From the NCBI RefSeq assembly GCF_000020385.1, contig NC_010815.1, positions 30,001 through 62,000 of the forward strand: 32,000 nucleotides of DNA, given 5' to 3'. This DNA comes from Trichlorobacter lovleyi SZ (lineage in GTDB: Bacteria > Desulfobacterota > Desulfuromonadia > Geobacterales > Pseudopelobacteraceae). The first letter of the stretch is position 1. Every line of letters begins with the position of its first letter. This document shows positions 1 to 7,908 of this stretch, in pieces. The notes below the pieces were generated by a model, which was not told where the DNA came from, did not search any database, and saw only the letters and a program-made list of their open reading frames with translations. A program made the translations under genes and the position numbers.

Positions 1-182
1 TCCTCCTTTGTTACAACGGAGACACTGCCCGGTGCCGTTGCCAGATCCTGTTCAGTTCTGGTTGCCGTCACCACAACCTGTTCAAGCCTGGCTTCGCCAG
101 GAACAGTCTCCGCCTGTGCGGTGCTGCACGCTGCCAGCGCCAGCCCCACCACCACGGCACACTTCTGCCTGTTTCTCTTCAT
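1..182 (-). CDS. TonB-dependent outer-membrane receptor, N-terminal fragment (BtuB-like corrinoid receptor); runs off the left edge
   Basis: Absent from the ORF track because it is truncated. The reverse strand from ATG 182-180 reads MKRNRQKCAVVVGLALAACSTAQAETVPGEARLEQVVVTATRTEQDLATAPGSVSVVTKE. That is a signal peptide followed by the VVVTATR...APGSVSV plug-domain pattern of TonB-dependent receptors. A GAGGGGGA Shine-Dalgarno lies at 188-195 (minus), directly 3' of a cobalamin riboswitch. Confidence 0.6.
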   Translation of the reverse strand, partial: MKRNRQKCAVVVGLALAACSTAQAETVPGEARLEQVVVTATRTEQDLATAPGSVSVVTKE

Positions 183-211
183 TACTTTCCCCCTCGGGTT
201 GATATGCAGAT

Positions 212-350
212 GGAGCCGTCTTCCGGCTTAAGGCTACCTACTTACCCACCTTCCCAGGAATGCTCCCAGTGGTTGTTTCACCTCGTGGTGACGGGCTTTC
301 GTTCCTATTACGGCTGCGGGGCAGCGGGGGTATTTAACCCCTCTTCCTCA
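212..350 (-). promoter_or_regulatory. Cobalamin riboswitch B (proximal to the btuB-like start)
   Basis: The minus strand reads GGAAGAGGGGTTAAATACCCCCGCTGCCCCGCAGCCGTAATAGGAACGAAAG...ACCACTGGGAGCATTCCTGGGAAGGTGGG...AAGCCGGAAGACGGCTCC. It carries the conserved cobalamin-riboswitch cores: GCTGCCCCGCA-CCGTAA, CCACTGGG...CTGGGAAGG, and a B12-box-like AGCCGGAAGACGGC. It ends about 30 nt before the ATG at 182. Confidence 0.8.
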
Positions 351-373
351 ACTCCATCTGTTTGAAAACAAGC

Positions 374-415
374 ACAAAAAAAGTCCGCCAATGCCAGAGC
401 ATCAAGCGGACTTTC
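374..415 (-). terminator. Intrinsic terminator hairpin, probable expression platform of riboswitch A
   Basis: The minus strand reads AAGTCCGCttgatgctctggcattgGCGGACTT followed by a T7 run (stem arms 406-413 / 381-388, T-run 376-382). It lies between the two riboswitch aptamers. Confidence 0.6.
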
Positions 416-484
416 CGTATTCAAAGTCGAACCGTTCAACCGGTTACTCTCCCTTTACCGTCGGGAACTGCGAGTAACAACAAT

Positions 485-645
485 CAGCGGCAGGTCTTCT
501 GACTTGCGAGTCATCCTCCGGGCGTCTTCCCAATCTAAATGATCAGTGACGTTGTTGCCCTTCGTCATCGCTTACAGCGGCGGGTCCGCGGGGGAATAGC
601 TCGTCAGAGCGTCACCCCTCTTCCCTTTTCACCCTTGCGGGCACC
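485..645 (-). promoter_or_regulatory. Cobalamin riboswitch A (distal, terminator-type)
   Basis: The minus strand reads GGTGCCCGCAAGGGTGAAAAGGGAAGAGGGGTGACGC...CCCCCGCGGACCCGCCGCTGTAAGCGATGACGAAGG...GTCACTGATC...TGGGAAGACGCC...CGCAAGTCAGAAGACCTGCCGC. It has the AAAAGGGAA, GGTGA, CCGCTGTAAG and GGGAAG cores and a near-consensus B12 box, AGTCAGAAGACCTGCC. Confidence 0.8.
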
Positions 646-752
646 GTGATTCGTGCATATTCAGTTGTGTTTGTACTGCAGGTTGCCGGCTACCATCTTC
701 ATAACCGGCTGATATCAAATGCCAAGTAATTTCGATGATGTCAATGACTATT

Positions 753-1787
753 TCATAGTTCGTCCCTGTGCAGGGCAACCTGGCTGCGGCTGGCCAGCAC
801 GGCCCATGAATGGGAAGGGAGCTTGATCAACCTGGTATGCGTAAGGCCAACCTCCTGCAGCAAGGCGCTGGTGTCAATGCTGCTGTAACAGCGCCCGTTC
901 CAGGTGTTGACCAGCATGTGCAGGTCGTACAGGGCACCGTACAGGTTGGCATCGCGAAAAAAGTCATGTACCACCAGCAGGCCGTCGGGGGTAAGCATCC
1001 CGGCTGCCTGTTCCAGCAGGGCCCCGTTCTCCTGCGGTCCATAGCAGTGCAACAGGTTTGACAGCAGTACCAGCCCCGCTGTGCCGTGGTGCGCTGCAGT
1101 ACAGGCGCTAAACTCCTGTTGATCCAGGATGTTGCAGGGCAAGACCGTCAGCTTGCCCGGCAGATCCTGGCACATTATCCGTACGCAGACATCCGGCAGG
1201 TCGCAGGCAATCCCCTGCCAGTCCGGATAGCGCTGGAGAAAAGCGCGGAGATAAGCCCCCTCACCAGCGCCGATGTCCATAATGATCCCCTGGGGCGGCA
1301 GCAGCGGCGCAAGGGCGTGCCACAACTCTGCGGAGCGGACACTGGCGGCCTCGGCCATGCTGGCCTGAAAAAGCTCCAGCCGCTTGTGGTAGGCATCCTG
1401 CGGTTGGGGCTGGGTCAGGGCCCCCTGTCCCTGTTGCAGGATAGTGCCGACTTGACGCCAGTTCTCGATCAGCAGCGGTTCAAACAACAGGGTGTTACGC
1501 TGATTTTCAGTGCTTGCGCGGCTGAGAAAGCGTTGGCTGAAGGGGCTCAGCCCCAGCCGGTCATCACGTTGTTGCAGCAGCCCAAGGGTGCAGAGCAGGT
1601 CCACAAACCGTCCGGTCTCGTCAGGCTGCAGGTTGAGGCAGTCAGCCAGTGCCGCAGGGGTGTCAGAGCCCGCCTCCACCGCATCAACGATCCCGCTGCG
1701 GACTGCCTCGGCCAGCAGGTAAAACTGGCGGTAGCCCGCGAGCATGGCGCTGAACCCGGCAAAGGAGTCATCCACAATCGGGATCAT
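753..1787 (-). CDS. bzaC: SAM-dependent O-methyltransferase (class-2 OMT with dimerisation domain); BzaC-like 5-hydroxybenzimidazole methyltransferase by context
   Basis: I chose the start MIPIVDDSF (ATG 1787-1785), 7 nt after the upstream stop. The longer ORF-track start overlaps the preceding gene. SAM motif MDIGAGEGAYL; C-terminal LLSNLLHCY...LLVVHDFF is typical of the O-MTase family 2. It is the last gene of the cobT / ThiC-like operon behind a B12 riboswitch. Confidence 0.6.
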   Translation of the reverse strand: MIPIVDDSFAGFSAMLAGYRQFYLLAEAVRSGIVDAVEAGSDTPAALADCLNLQPDETGRFVDLLCTLGLLQQRDDRLGLSPFSQRFLSRASTENQRNTLLFEPLLIENWRQVGTILQQGQGALTQPQPQDAYHKRLELFQASMAEAASVRSAELWHALAPLLPPQGIIMDIGAGEGAYLRAFLQRYPDWQGIACDLPDVCVRIMCQDLPGKLTVLPCNILDQQEFSACTAAHHGTAGLVLLSNLLHCYGPQENGALLEQAAGMLTPDGLLVVHDFFRDANLYGALYDLHMLVNTWNGRCYSSIDTSALLQEVGLTHTRLIKLPSHSWAVLASRSQVALHRDEL

Positions 1788-1794
1788 GGCCTTG

Positions 1795-3105
1795 TCAGCA
1801 CTTGTCCCCGCACAGATGCTCCGCAAACAGCTTGCCTGCGCCGCGGGAGGCGCAGAAGTTGCCGCACATGGTGCAGGTGGCCTCATCCTCAGGGATACGG
1901 CTGGCGCGGATCGCCTTGGCATCCTCCGGGAAAAGGGCCAGTTCGAACTGCTTCTGCCAGTCCAGGTCCCGCCGGGCCTTGGCCATGGCCTTGTCCCGCT
2001 CCCGCATCCGCTCCGGGTATTTATTCATATCGCCGATATAGGCGGCAATTTTGGCGGCCTTGACCCCTTCGCGCACATCCTGCTCATTGGGCAGGGCCAG
2101 GTGCTCGGCCGGGGTGATGTAGCAGATCAGGTCGGCGCCATAGCGGGCGGACTGGGCCGCGCCGATGGCAGAGGTGATATGGTCGAAGCCGGGGGCCACG
2201 TCGGTGGGGATCGGCCCCAGCATATAGTAGGGGGCATCGCCGCTCATCCGCTTCTGCAGTTTGATGTTGCCTTCGATCTCGTCCAGCGGCACATGGCCCG
2301 GTCCTTCCACCAGCATCTGGCAGCCCATCTCCCGCCCAAGTTCAGCCAGCTCGCAGTTAAAGACCAGCTCCTGGATCTGGGCCCGGTCGGAGGAGTCGTG
2401 GATGGCGCCGGCCCGCAGGCCGTTACCCAGCGAGAGCACCGTATCGTATTTTTTGAGGATGGCTGCCACCCGGTCGAACTGCTCAAAGAGCGGGTTTTCG
2501 CGGTTGTTGGCCAGCATCCAGGCCACCATGCTGACCCCGCCCTTGCTGACCAGGCCGCCGTAGCGGTAACCCTGCTTCTGCAGCCGCTCCACCGTGCAGC
2601 GGTTGATGCCGCAGTGCACGGCCATGAAGGCCATGCCATCCGCGCACTGCTGTTCGATCAGGTCAAACAGCTCCTCCGGGTCCAGCTTGTTGGGGTCACC
2701 GTATTTGCGGGCTGCATCACAAAAGGCCTGGTAGAGCGGCACATTGCCCACCGGGAGCTCCACGGCGGCGATCACCTCCCGCCGCACCCGGTCCAGATCA
2801 CCCCCCACGGACAGCTCCATCAGGGTGTCGGCCCCTGACTCCTGGGCGGCCAGCGCCTTGCGGACCTCGGCGGCATAGTCGATGATATCGGACGAGGTGC
2901 CGATGGAGGCGTTGACCTTAGTGCGGAGCCCCTGGCCGATCCCGGCGATCCGGGACGGTTTGCGGTTGTGGTTCCAGGGGATCACGATGGTGCCGGCCGC
3001 GACCCGCTGGCGGATCAGCTCAGCTGCCAGCCCTTCCGTGGCAGCAACCTGCTGCATCTGGGGGGTGATCACCCCTGCGCGGGCGTATTCGATCTGGGTT
3101 TGCAT
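1795..3105 (-). CDS. bzaF: ThiC-family radical-SAM enzyme; by context a 5-hydroxybenzimidazole synthase (BzaF-like) rather than the thiamin enzyme HMP-P synthase
   Basis: 436 aa. N-terminus MQTQIEYARAGVITPQMQQVAATEG...KVNASIGTS and C-terminal Cys cluster CTMCGNFC are ThiC-family hallmarks. It lies between cobT and an O-methyltransferase under a cobalamin (not TPP) riboswitch, the arrangement described for anaerobic benzimidazole (bza) operons. Confidence 0.65.
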   Translation of the reverse strand: MQTQIEYARAGVITPQMQQVAATEGLAAELIRQRVAAGTIVIPWNHNRKPSRIAGIGQGLRTKVNASIGTSSDIIDYAAEVRKALAAQESGADTLMELSVGGDLDRVRREVIAAVELPVGNVPLYQAFCDAARKYGDPNKLDPEELFDLIEQQCADGMAFMAVHCGINRCTVERLQKQGYRYGGLVSKGGVSMVAWMLANNRENPLFEQFDRVAAILKKYDTVLSLGNGLRAGAIHDSSDRAQIQELVFNCELAELGREMGCQMLVEGPGHVPLDEIEGNIKLQKRMSGDAPYYMLGPIPTDVAPGFDHITSAIGAAQSARYGADLICYITPAEHLALPNEQDVREGVKAAKIAAYIGDMNKYPERMRERDKAMAKARRDLDWQKQFELALFPEDAKAIRASRIPEDEATCTMCGNFCASRGAGKLFAEHLCGDKC

Positions 3106-3176
3106 GGTAAAATCCTTTTTCCTTTATCCCTATGGGGTGGTTGTGTTTTCCAGCCGTGAATCGACCGCATTTCGTT

Positions 3177-3269
3177 GTTCTTCAGGTGAACGTAGCGGCT
3201 GCATCCCGTGCTGTCTGAGCACCGAAGGTGCGAGTTTACGGGATGCAGCGGAGTGAGCCGTTGAAGAAC
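3177..3269 (-). other. Nested long hairpin in the cobT-bzaF intercistronic region (structured RNA element of unknown role)
   Basis: Outer arms 3177-3184 / 3262-3269 (GTTCTTCA / TGAAGAAC). Perfect 12-bp inner arms 3198-3209 / 3238-3249 (GCTGCATCCCGT / ACGGGATGCAGC). Apical hairpin 3219-3231 reads GCACC-UUCG-GGUGC on the transcribed (minus) strand, a C(UUCG)G tetraloop. No T-run follows. Confidence 0.5.
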
Positions 3270-3333
3270 AGAAATCGGTCGTCTGAACGGTGGTAAACGC
3301 AACCACCACCAGAGCAACGATGCGGGCTTAACG

Positions 3334-4386
3334 TCAGTGGCCGGTTACTCCGGCCTGCTCAAAGGTGGCCATCTCGGCCAGAATCCTGGCGCCAGCCTCG
3401 ATCAGCGGCATGGCCAGGGCAGCGCCGGTACCTTCGCCCAGGCGCAGATCAAGATCCAGGATGGGGCGCAGACCGGTCCGCTCCAGCATGAAGCGGTGGC
3501 CCACCTCCACCGACTGGTGGGCGGCAAACAGGTAGTCCCGCACCTGGGGATGCAGTTCCGAGGCGATCAGGGCACCGGCGGTGGAGATGAAGCCGTCCAC
3601 GATCACCGGAATCCGCTCGGCAGCGCAGCCCAGCACCAGTCCGGCAATGGCGGCGATCTCAAGCCCGCCCACCGCAGCCAGGACCTCCAGCGGTTTGGCC
3701 GGGTCGGGCCGGTGCAGCGCCAGGCCCCGTTCAATCACCTTGATCTTGTTGGCCAGGGCCTGATCGGCAATGCCGGTGCCGCGATGGGTGACCTGCGCCA
3801 CCTCAAAGCCGCCGATGGCCGCGATGATGGCCGACGAGGGGGTGGTGTTGCCGATCCCCATTTCACCGGTCCCCACCAGGCCGATCCCCTCGGCCTTGCA
3901 CTGGGCTGCCAGGTCGATGCCGACCAAGAGGGCGGCTGCCGTCTCGTCGGTAGTCATGGCCGGGCCGGTGCAGAAGTTGCGGGTGCCCCGGGCAACCTTG
4001 CGGTGCACCAGGCCGGGACAGTTTTCAAAGTCGTGATCCACCCCCACGTCAACCACCCGCACCTCGGCCCCGGCATGGCGGGCCAGCACATTGACCCCGG
4101 CTCCGCCGCGCAGGAAGTTGAAGACCATCTGGGCCGTGACCTCACGGGGATAGAGCGAGACCCCTTCTTCGGTCACGCCGTGGTCAGCGGCAAAGGTGAA
4201 GATCGCCTTGCGGGAGAGATCCGGCTGCTCCTGGCCGGTGATGGCCACCAGCCGGCAGGCGAACTCCTCCAGCCGGCCCAGCGAGCCGAGCGGCTTGGTC
4301 TTGTTGTCCAGGCGTGTCTGGGTCTGGGCCAGCAACTGCTGATCAAGGGGGCGAATTCGCTCCAGGGTTGCGGTGATACGGTGCAT
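3334..4386 (-). CDS. cobT: Nicotinate-nucleotide:dimethylbenzimidazole phosphoribosyltransferase
   Basis: Start [15 protein letters not shown] (ATG 4386-4384) with AAGGAG 7 nt upstream. Family motifs [33 protein letters not shown] and LGEGTGAA. Confidence 0.9.
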   Translation of the reverse strand: MHRITATLERIRPLDQQLLAQTQTRLDNKTKPLGSLGRLEEFACRLVAITGQEQPDLSRKAIFTFAADHGVTEEGVSLYPREVTAQMVFNFLRGGAGVNVLARHAGAEVRVVDVGVDHDFENCPGLVHRKVARGTRNFCTGPAMTTDETAAALLVGIDLAAQCKAEGIGLVGTGEMGIGNTTPSSAIIAAIGGFEVAQVTHRGTGIADQALANKIKVIERGLALHRPDPAKPLEVLAAVGGLEIAAIAGLVLGCAAERIPVIVDGFISTAGALIASELHPQVRDYLFAAHQSVEVGHRFMLERTGLRPILDLDLRLGEGTGAALAMPLIEAGARILAEMATFEQAGVTGH

Positions 4387-4554
4387 TGGCGGCTCCTTGT
4401 CCGGGTAAATAGTGCCGCACGACGCAAGGCTGGAGCGCGGCATAACCGACATACACCGGAGAGAGCAGGGGGTGGTTGGCAGATTCAGCAGAAAAGGTGA
4501 TTGATGGCGTGTAAACGCCCGGCCCAGGTATGGGTCGCCTCCCCCGAGGCTTGC

Positions 4555-4775
4555 AAATGGAGCGGTATTCCGGCTCAGGGCTGCCTACTTGCCCGCCTTC
4601 CCAGGATTACTCCCAGTGGCTTTACCTGTGGGCCGCTTTCATTTCAAGGCGCTGTCGTTGCTAGCATCCTTGCACTGAAACCGGCGAAACTAATGCAGGT
4701 TGGACGTTCGTTCCCTTTACGGCTGCGGGGCAGCGGGGGGATGGCACGATACCGGGCGGCACCCCTCTTCCTCGC
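4555..4775 (-). promoter_or_regulatory. Cobalamin riboswitch C, 5' leader of the cobT-bzaF-bzaC operon
   Basis: The minus strand reads GGAAGAGGGGTGCCGCCCGG...CCCCCCGCTGCCCCGCAGCCGTAAAGGGAACGAACG...AAAGCCACTGGGAGTAATCCTGGGAAGGCGGG...GAGCCGGAATACCGCTCC. It closely resembles riboswitch B in its conserved cores. ORF 4501..4806 lying over it is spurious. Confidence 0.8.
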
Positions 4776-4842
4776 TTCCATTCGGTGTATGAAGTGTGCT
4801 ATCTGATTCCCTTATTTCCCTTTCGGAGTCAAGTGTTTTCTC

Positions 4843-7434
4843 ATGCCGGATCAGCTACCCCATAGTGAGCAGTACCGCCACGGCGGCAATCTGCGGGCCT
4901 TAAGCCGATTGTCCGGCCGGGCCCCGCACGAGCTGCTGGATTTCTCGGCCAACATCAACCCGCTGGGGCCGCCGGACTGGCTGCGCCCGTTGATTGAAAG
5001 CCGGATCAGCGAGCTGGTGCATTACCCCGACCCCGAGGCAAGCGAGCTTGTGGCGGCGATCAGCACGCAGCATCGGATTCCGGCTGCAGAACTGCTGGTG
5101 GGTAACGGTGCCACTGAACTGCTGCACCTGCTGCCCCGGGCGCTGGGTTGCAGCTCGCTATTGCTGCCGGTGCCCAGCTACAGCGATTACGAGGCCCCGG
5201 CCCGGCTGCAGGGGCTGGCAGTCGAGCGCTTTACCCTGGTGCCGGACAACGACTTTCTGCTGGATCCGCAGCAGCTTGCACCGCTGTTGAAGCCGGGGCA
5301 GATGGTGCTGCTGGGCCAGCCCAACAACCCCACCGGCCGCACCTTTGCTGCAGCAGCGCTGCGTGACCTGGCTGCCAGCCACCCAGCCAGCCTGTTTGTG
5401 GTGGATGAGTCTTTCATCGGTTTTACCGACGCCAGCCAGAGCCTGCAGCAGGACCGGCCCGCTAACCTGCTGGTGGTGACCTCCCTGACCAAGCTGTACG
5501 CCATTCCGGGCCTGCGGCTGGGTTACCTGACCGCTGCTGAAGCGCATATCCAGAAGCTGCGCGCCTTTCTGCCTACTTGGTCGGTCAACTCCCTGGCCCA
5601 GGCAGTGGGGGCGCGGGCGGTCCAGGATCAGGACTATTTGCAGCAGACCCGCAGCATGGTGACCCAGCAGCGGCAGCAATTGGCCCAGATGCTGGGGCAG
5701 CTGCCCGGCCTGACGATCTACCCCGGCGAGGCCAACTTCCTGCTTTTGCGGTTGGATCACTCCACGCTGGATGCCCCGCAACTGGCTGAACAGACCCTTA
5801 AACAGGGGATCGCCCTGCGGATTTGCGCCAACTTTCAGGGGCTGGATCAACGTTACCTGCGGGTGGCGGTGCGGACTGAAACAGAGCAGCAGCAGTTATG
5901 CGGCGTCCTGCATGCCATACTGGAACCAACCCGCCAGCGCCCGGCCAGACGCCAGACCCCGGCGATCATGTTTCAGGGCACCGGCTCCAATGCCGGCAAG
6001 AGCATCCTGACCACGGCGCTCTGCCGCATCCTGAAACAGGATGGCCATGATGTGGCGCCGTTCAAGGCCCAGAACATGTCGCTCAACGCCTTTGTCACCC
6101 CCCAGGGGGGCGAGATGGGCCGGGCCCAGGCACTGCAGGCCCAGGCCTGCCGACTTGAGCCGGATGTGCGGATGAACCCGGTGCTGCTGAAGCCCACCAG
6201 CGAGACCGGCTCCCAGGTGATCCTGTGCGGCAAGGTGCAGGGCAGCACGGATTTCCGTTCCTATGCCCAGCAGCGGCAACAGGTCTGGTCCACGGTGCAG
6301 GGCTGCTATGATGAACTGGCAGCAGAACATCAGGTCATGGTGCTGGAAGGGGCGGGCAGTCCGGCTGAGGTCAACCTGAAGACCAATGATATCGTTAACA
6401 TGCGGATGGCACAGTATGCTGGTGCGCCGGTCTTACTGGTGGGGGATATTGACCGGGGCGGCGTGTTTGCCTCCTTTGTCGGCACTATGGAACTCTTAAA
6501 CGAGGCAGAGCGGCACCAGGTGGCCGGGTTTGTGATCAACCGTTTCCGGGGTGATGCCTCCCTGCTGGGGGATGCCCTGGCCTATACCCGCTTCCATACC
6601 AGCAAGCCGGTGCTGGGCACGGTGCCGTATTTGACCAACCTGGGACTGCCGGAGGAAGATTCGGTTACCTTCAAGCAGGGGCTGCTGCCCTGCGGTGCTA
6701 AGGATACACAACTGCTTGATATTGCGGTGCTTAATCTGCCCCATGTTGCCAACTTTACCGATCTTGACCCGCTGGGGCAGGAGCCGGATGTGGGTCTGCG
6801 GCTTGTCCGCAGCGCCGCAGAACTGGGGCAGCCCGATGCGGTGCTGATCCCTGGCAGCAAGAACACCCTGGCTGACCTGGCCTGGCTGCAGCAGACCGGC
6901 TTGGCAACAGCCATCCTTGAACTGGCACAGGCTGGACAGGTCGAGATCATCGGCATCTGCGGCGGTTTCCAGATCTTGGGTGAGCGGATTGGTGATCCCC
7001 TGCAGATTGAATCCACTGTTGGTGAGCAACAGGGGCTGGGGCTGCTGGCGATCAGCACGGTGCTGGCAGAACAGAAGACCACCCGCCAGACCCGCTGTTG
7101 CCACATCCCGTCCGGCTGTATGCTGTCCGGCTACGAGATCCACCACGGCATCACCAGCGCAGACCAACTGCAACCACTGATGAGTAGCCCGGATGGCAGC
7201 CTGCTTGGAGCTGGTGATAATAGCGGCCTGGTTTGGGGCAGCTACCTGCACGGCCTGTTTGATGCAGATCCGTTCCGGCGCTGGTGGCTGGATCGGTTGC
7301 GGCAGCGCAAAGGCTGGCAGGTAAGCGGCGTTGTCAGGGCCTGCTATAATCTGGAACCAGCGCTTGACCGTCTGGCTGACTGCGTACGGGATAGTCTGGA
7401 TATGCGGGAGGTTTATCGGTTGTTGGGGATATAG
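4843..7434 (+). CDS. Fusion protein: L-threonine-O-3-phosphate decarboxylase (CobD/CobC, PLP aminotransferase fold) plus cobyric acid synthase (CobQ/CbiP)
   Basis: N-terminal about 360 aa: HGGNLRAL...LLDFSANINPLGPP, NNPTG, and the SLTKLYAIPGLRLGY PLP-lysine motif. From the internal Met at 5968: MFQGTGSNAGKSILTTALCRIL (CobQ P-loop). GATase domain with IIGICGGFQILG and GYEIHHG. One uninterrupted frame. Confidence 0.85.
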   Translation: MPDQLPHSEQYRHGGNLRALSRLSGRAPHELLDFSANINPLGPPDWLRPLIESRISELVHYPDPEASELVAAISTQHRIPAAELLVGNGATELLHLLPRALGCSSLLLPVPSYSDYEAPARLQGLAVERFTLVPDNDFLLDPQQLAPLLKPGQMVLLGQPNNPTGRTFAAAALRDLAASHPASLFVVDESFIGFTDASQSLQQDRPANLLVVTSLTKLYAIPGLRLGYLTAAEAHIQKLRAFLPTWSVNSLAQAVGARAVQDQDYLQQTRSMVTQQRQQLAQMLGQLPGLTIYPGEANFLLLRLDHSTLDAPQLAEQTLKQGIALRICANFQGLDQRYLRVAVRTETEQQQLCGVLHAILEPTRQRPARRQTPAIMFQGTGSNAGKSILTTALCRILKQDGHDVAPFKAQNMSLNAFVTPQGGEMGRAQALQAQACRLEPDVRMNPVLLKPTSETGSQVILCGKVQGSTDFRSYAQQRQQVWSTVQGCYDELAAEHQVMVLEGAGSPAEVNLKTNDIVNMRMAQYAGAPVLLVGDIDRGGVFASFVGTMELLNEAERHQVAGFVINRFRGDASLLGDALAYTRFHTSKPVLGTVPYLTNLGLPEEDSVTFKQGLLPCGAKDTQLLDIAVLNLPHVANFTDLDPLGQEPDVGLRLVRSAAELGQPDAVLIPGSKNTLADLAWLQQTGLATAILELAQAGQVEIIGICGGFQILGERIGDPLQIESTVGEQQGLGLLAISTVLAEQKTTRQTRCCHIPSGCMLSGYEIHHGITSADQLQPLMSSPDGSLLGAGDNSGLVWGSYLHGLFDADPFRRWWLDRLRQRKGWQVSGVVRACYNLEPALDRLADCVRDSLDMREVYRLLGI

Positions 7435-7481
7435 ATTATTAAAATTTCATCTGTAATTTCTGAACAGTGTCTGGTGGGTAT

Positions 7482-7775
7482 ATGGCCTTAACTAAAATAA
7501 AGCTTGCAAGGATTCTTGCTGCAAATTTAAAAATTCATGAAAAAGTGGCGTTGCAGCATATTACAGATCTAATGGATCTTATTAAAATGCAACTAATTGA
7601 AGGTAATGAAGTAGCTATAGTTGGTTTTGGAATATTGAAGCCAGCGTATAAGCTGTTATTTATAACAGCCTCTTTGGAGCCATTTGAGCCTGTCTCTGTT
7701 CAGCGGCGTAAAATTATTAGTTTTACTGCAAGTCTTTCAATTAAAAAGGCATTAAATTTGTTAAATGCCAGGTAA
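7482..7775 (+). CDS. Degenerate HU/IHF-family protein lacking the canonical beta-arm motif
   Basis: MALTKIKLARILAANL...GNEVAIVGFGILK resembles the N-terminal helices and first strand of HU/IHF, and of the paralog at 11196. The arm region reads PAYKLLFITASLEPFEPVSVQRRKIISF instead of R-x-G-R-N-P-x-T-G-E. It is the first AT-rich gene after the composition break. Confidence 0.45.
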   Translation: MALTKIKLARILAANLKIHEKVALQHITDLMDLIKMQLIEGNEVAIVGFGILKPAYKLLFITASLEPFEPVSVQRRKIISFTASLSIKKALNLLNAR

Positions 7776-7790
7776 TCCTAATGCGTTTTC

Positions 7791-7836
7791 GCCGTCGTCG
7801 AGCGCGCCAAACTGGCTCGCTCGGCGAGACGACGGC
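7791..7836 (+). terminator. GC-rich imperfect hairpin after the HU-like gene (weak terminator candidate or boundary relic)
   Basis: GCCGTCGTCGAGCG...CGCTCGGCGAGACGACGGC, a GC-rich island in AT-rich surroundings. No T-tract follows it. Confidence 0.3.
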
Positions 7837-7868
7837 TTGCCAGCCCTGCTGAGTTCTCCACATTTCTT

Positions 7869-7908
7869 GATTTAAAACTAAAGGATAAAGATTTTAAAAC
7901 TATAGGAT
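7869..7908. repeat. Two tandem approx. 19-bp direct repeats
   Basis: GATTTAAAACTAAAGGAT (7869-7886) and GATTTTAAAACTATAGGAT (7890-7908). Confidence 0.6.

Noticed and set aside
8-202. 64-aa plus-strand ORF at the left edge
   Set aside because: It is Pro/Ala-rich, low-complexity and has no SD. It lies antisense to a convincing TonB-dependent receptor N-terminus that is positioned correctly behind a riboswitch.
1086-2838. Long plus-strand ORFs (1086..2063, 1744..2838) opposite the methyltransferase and ThiC-like genes
   Set aside because: These are typical antisense shadow ORFs of GC-rich DNA, with Arg/Gly/Pro/Ala-rich translations and no motifs. The minus-strand genes carry clear family signatures.
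3106-3333. TPP (thiamin) riboswitch in front of the ThiC-family gene
   Set aside because: The transcribed strand lacks the CUGAGA and ACCUGAUCUGGAUAAUGCCAGCG-type cores. CTGAGC occurs only on the non-transcribed strand. The context is cobamide, not thiamin.
3337-4500. 387-aa plus-strand ORF opposite cobT
   Set aside because: It is a shadow ORF. The cobT frame carries the diagnostic motifs, whereas this translation is low-complexity Gly/Ala/Arg.
4501-4806. 101-aa ORF in the cobT / cobD-cobQ divergent region
   Set aside because: It lies directly over a cobalamin riboswitch encoded on the opposite strand, so the region is better explained as RNA.
5158-7251. Minus-strand ORFs (5158..5850, 6496..7251 and others) inside the cobD-cobQ gene
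   Set aside because: They are antisense shadow ORFs in GC-rich coding sequence, with no start context or motifs.
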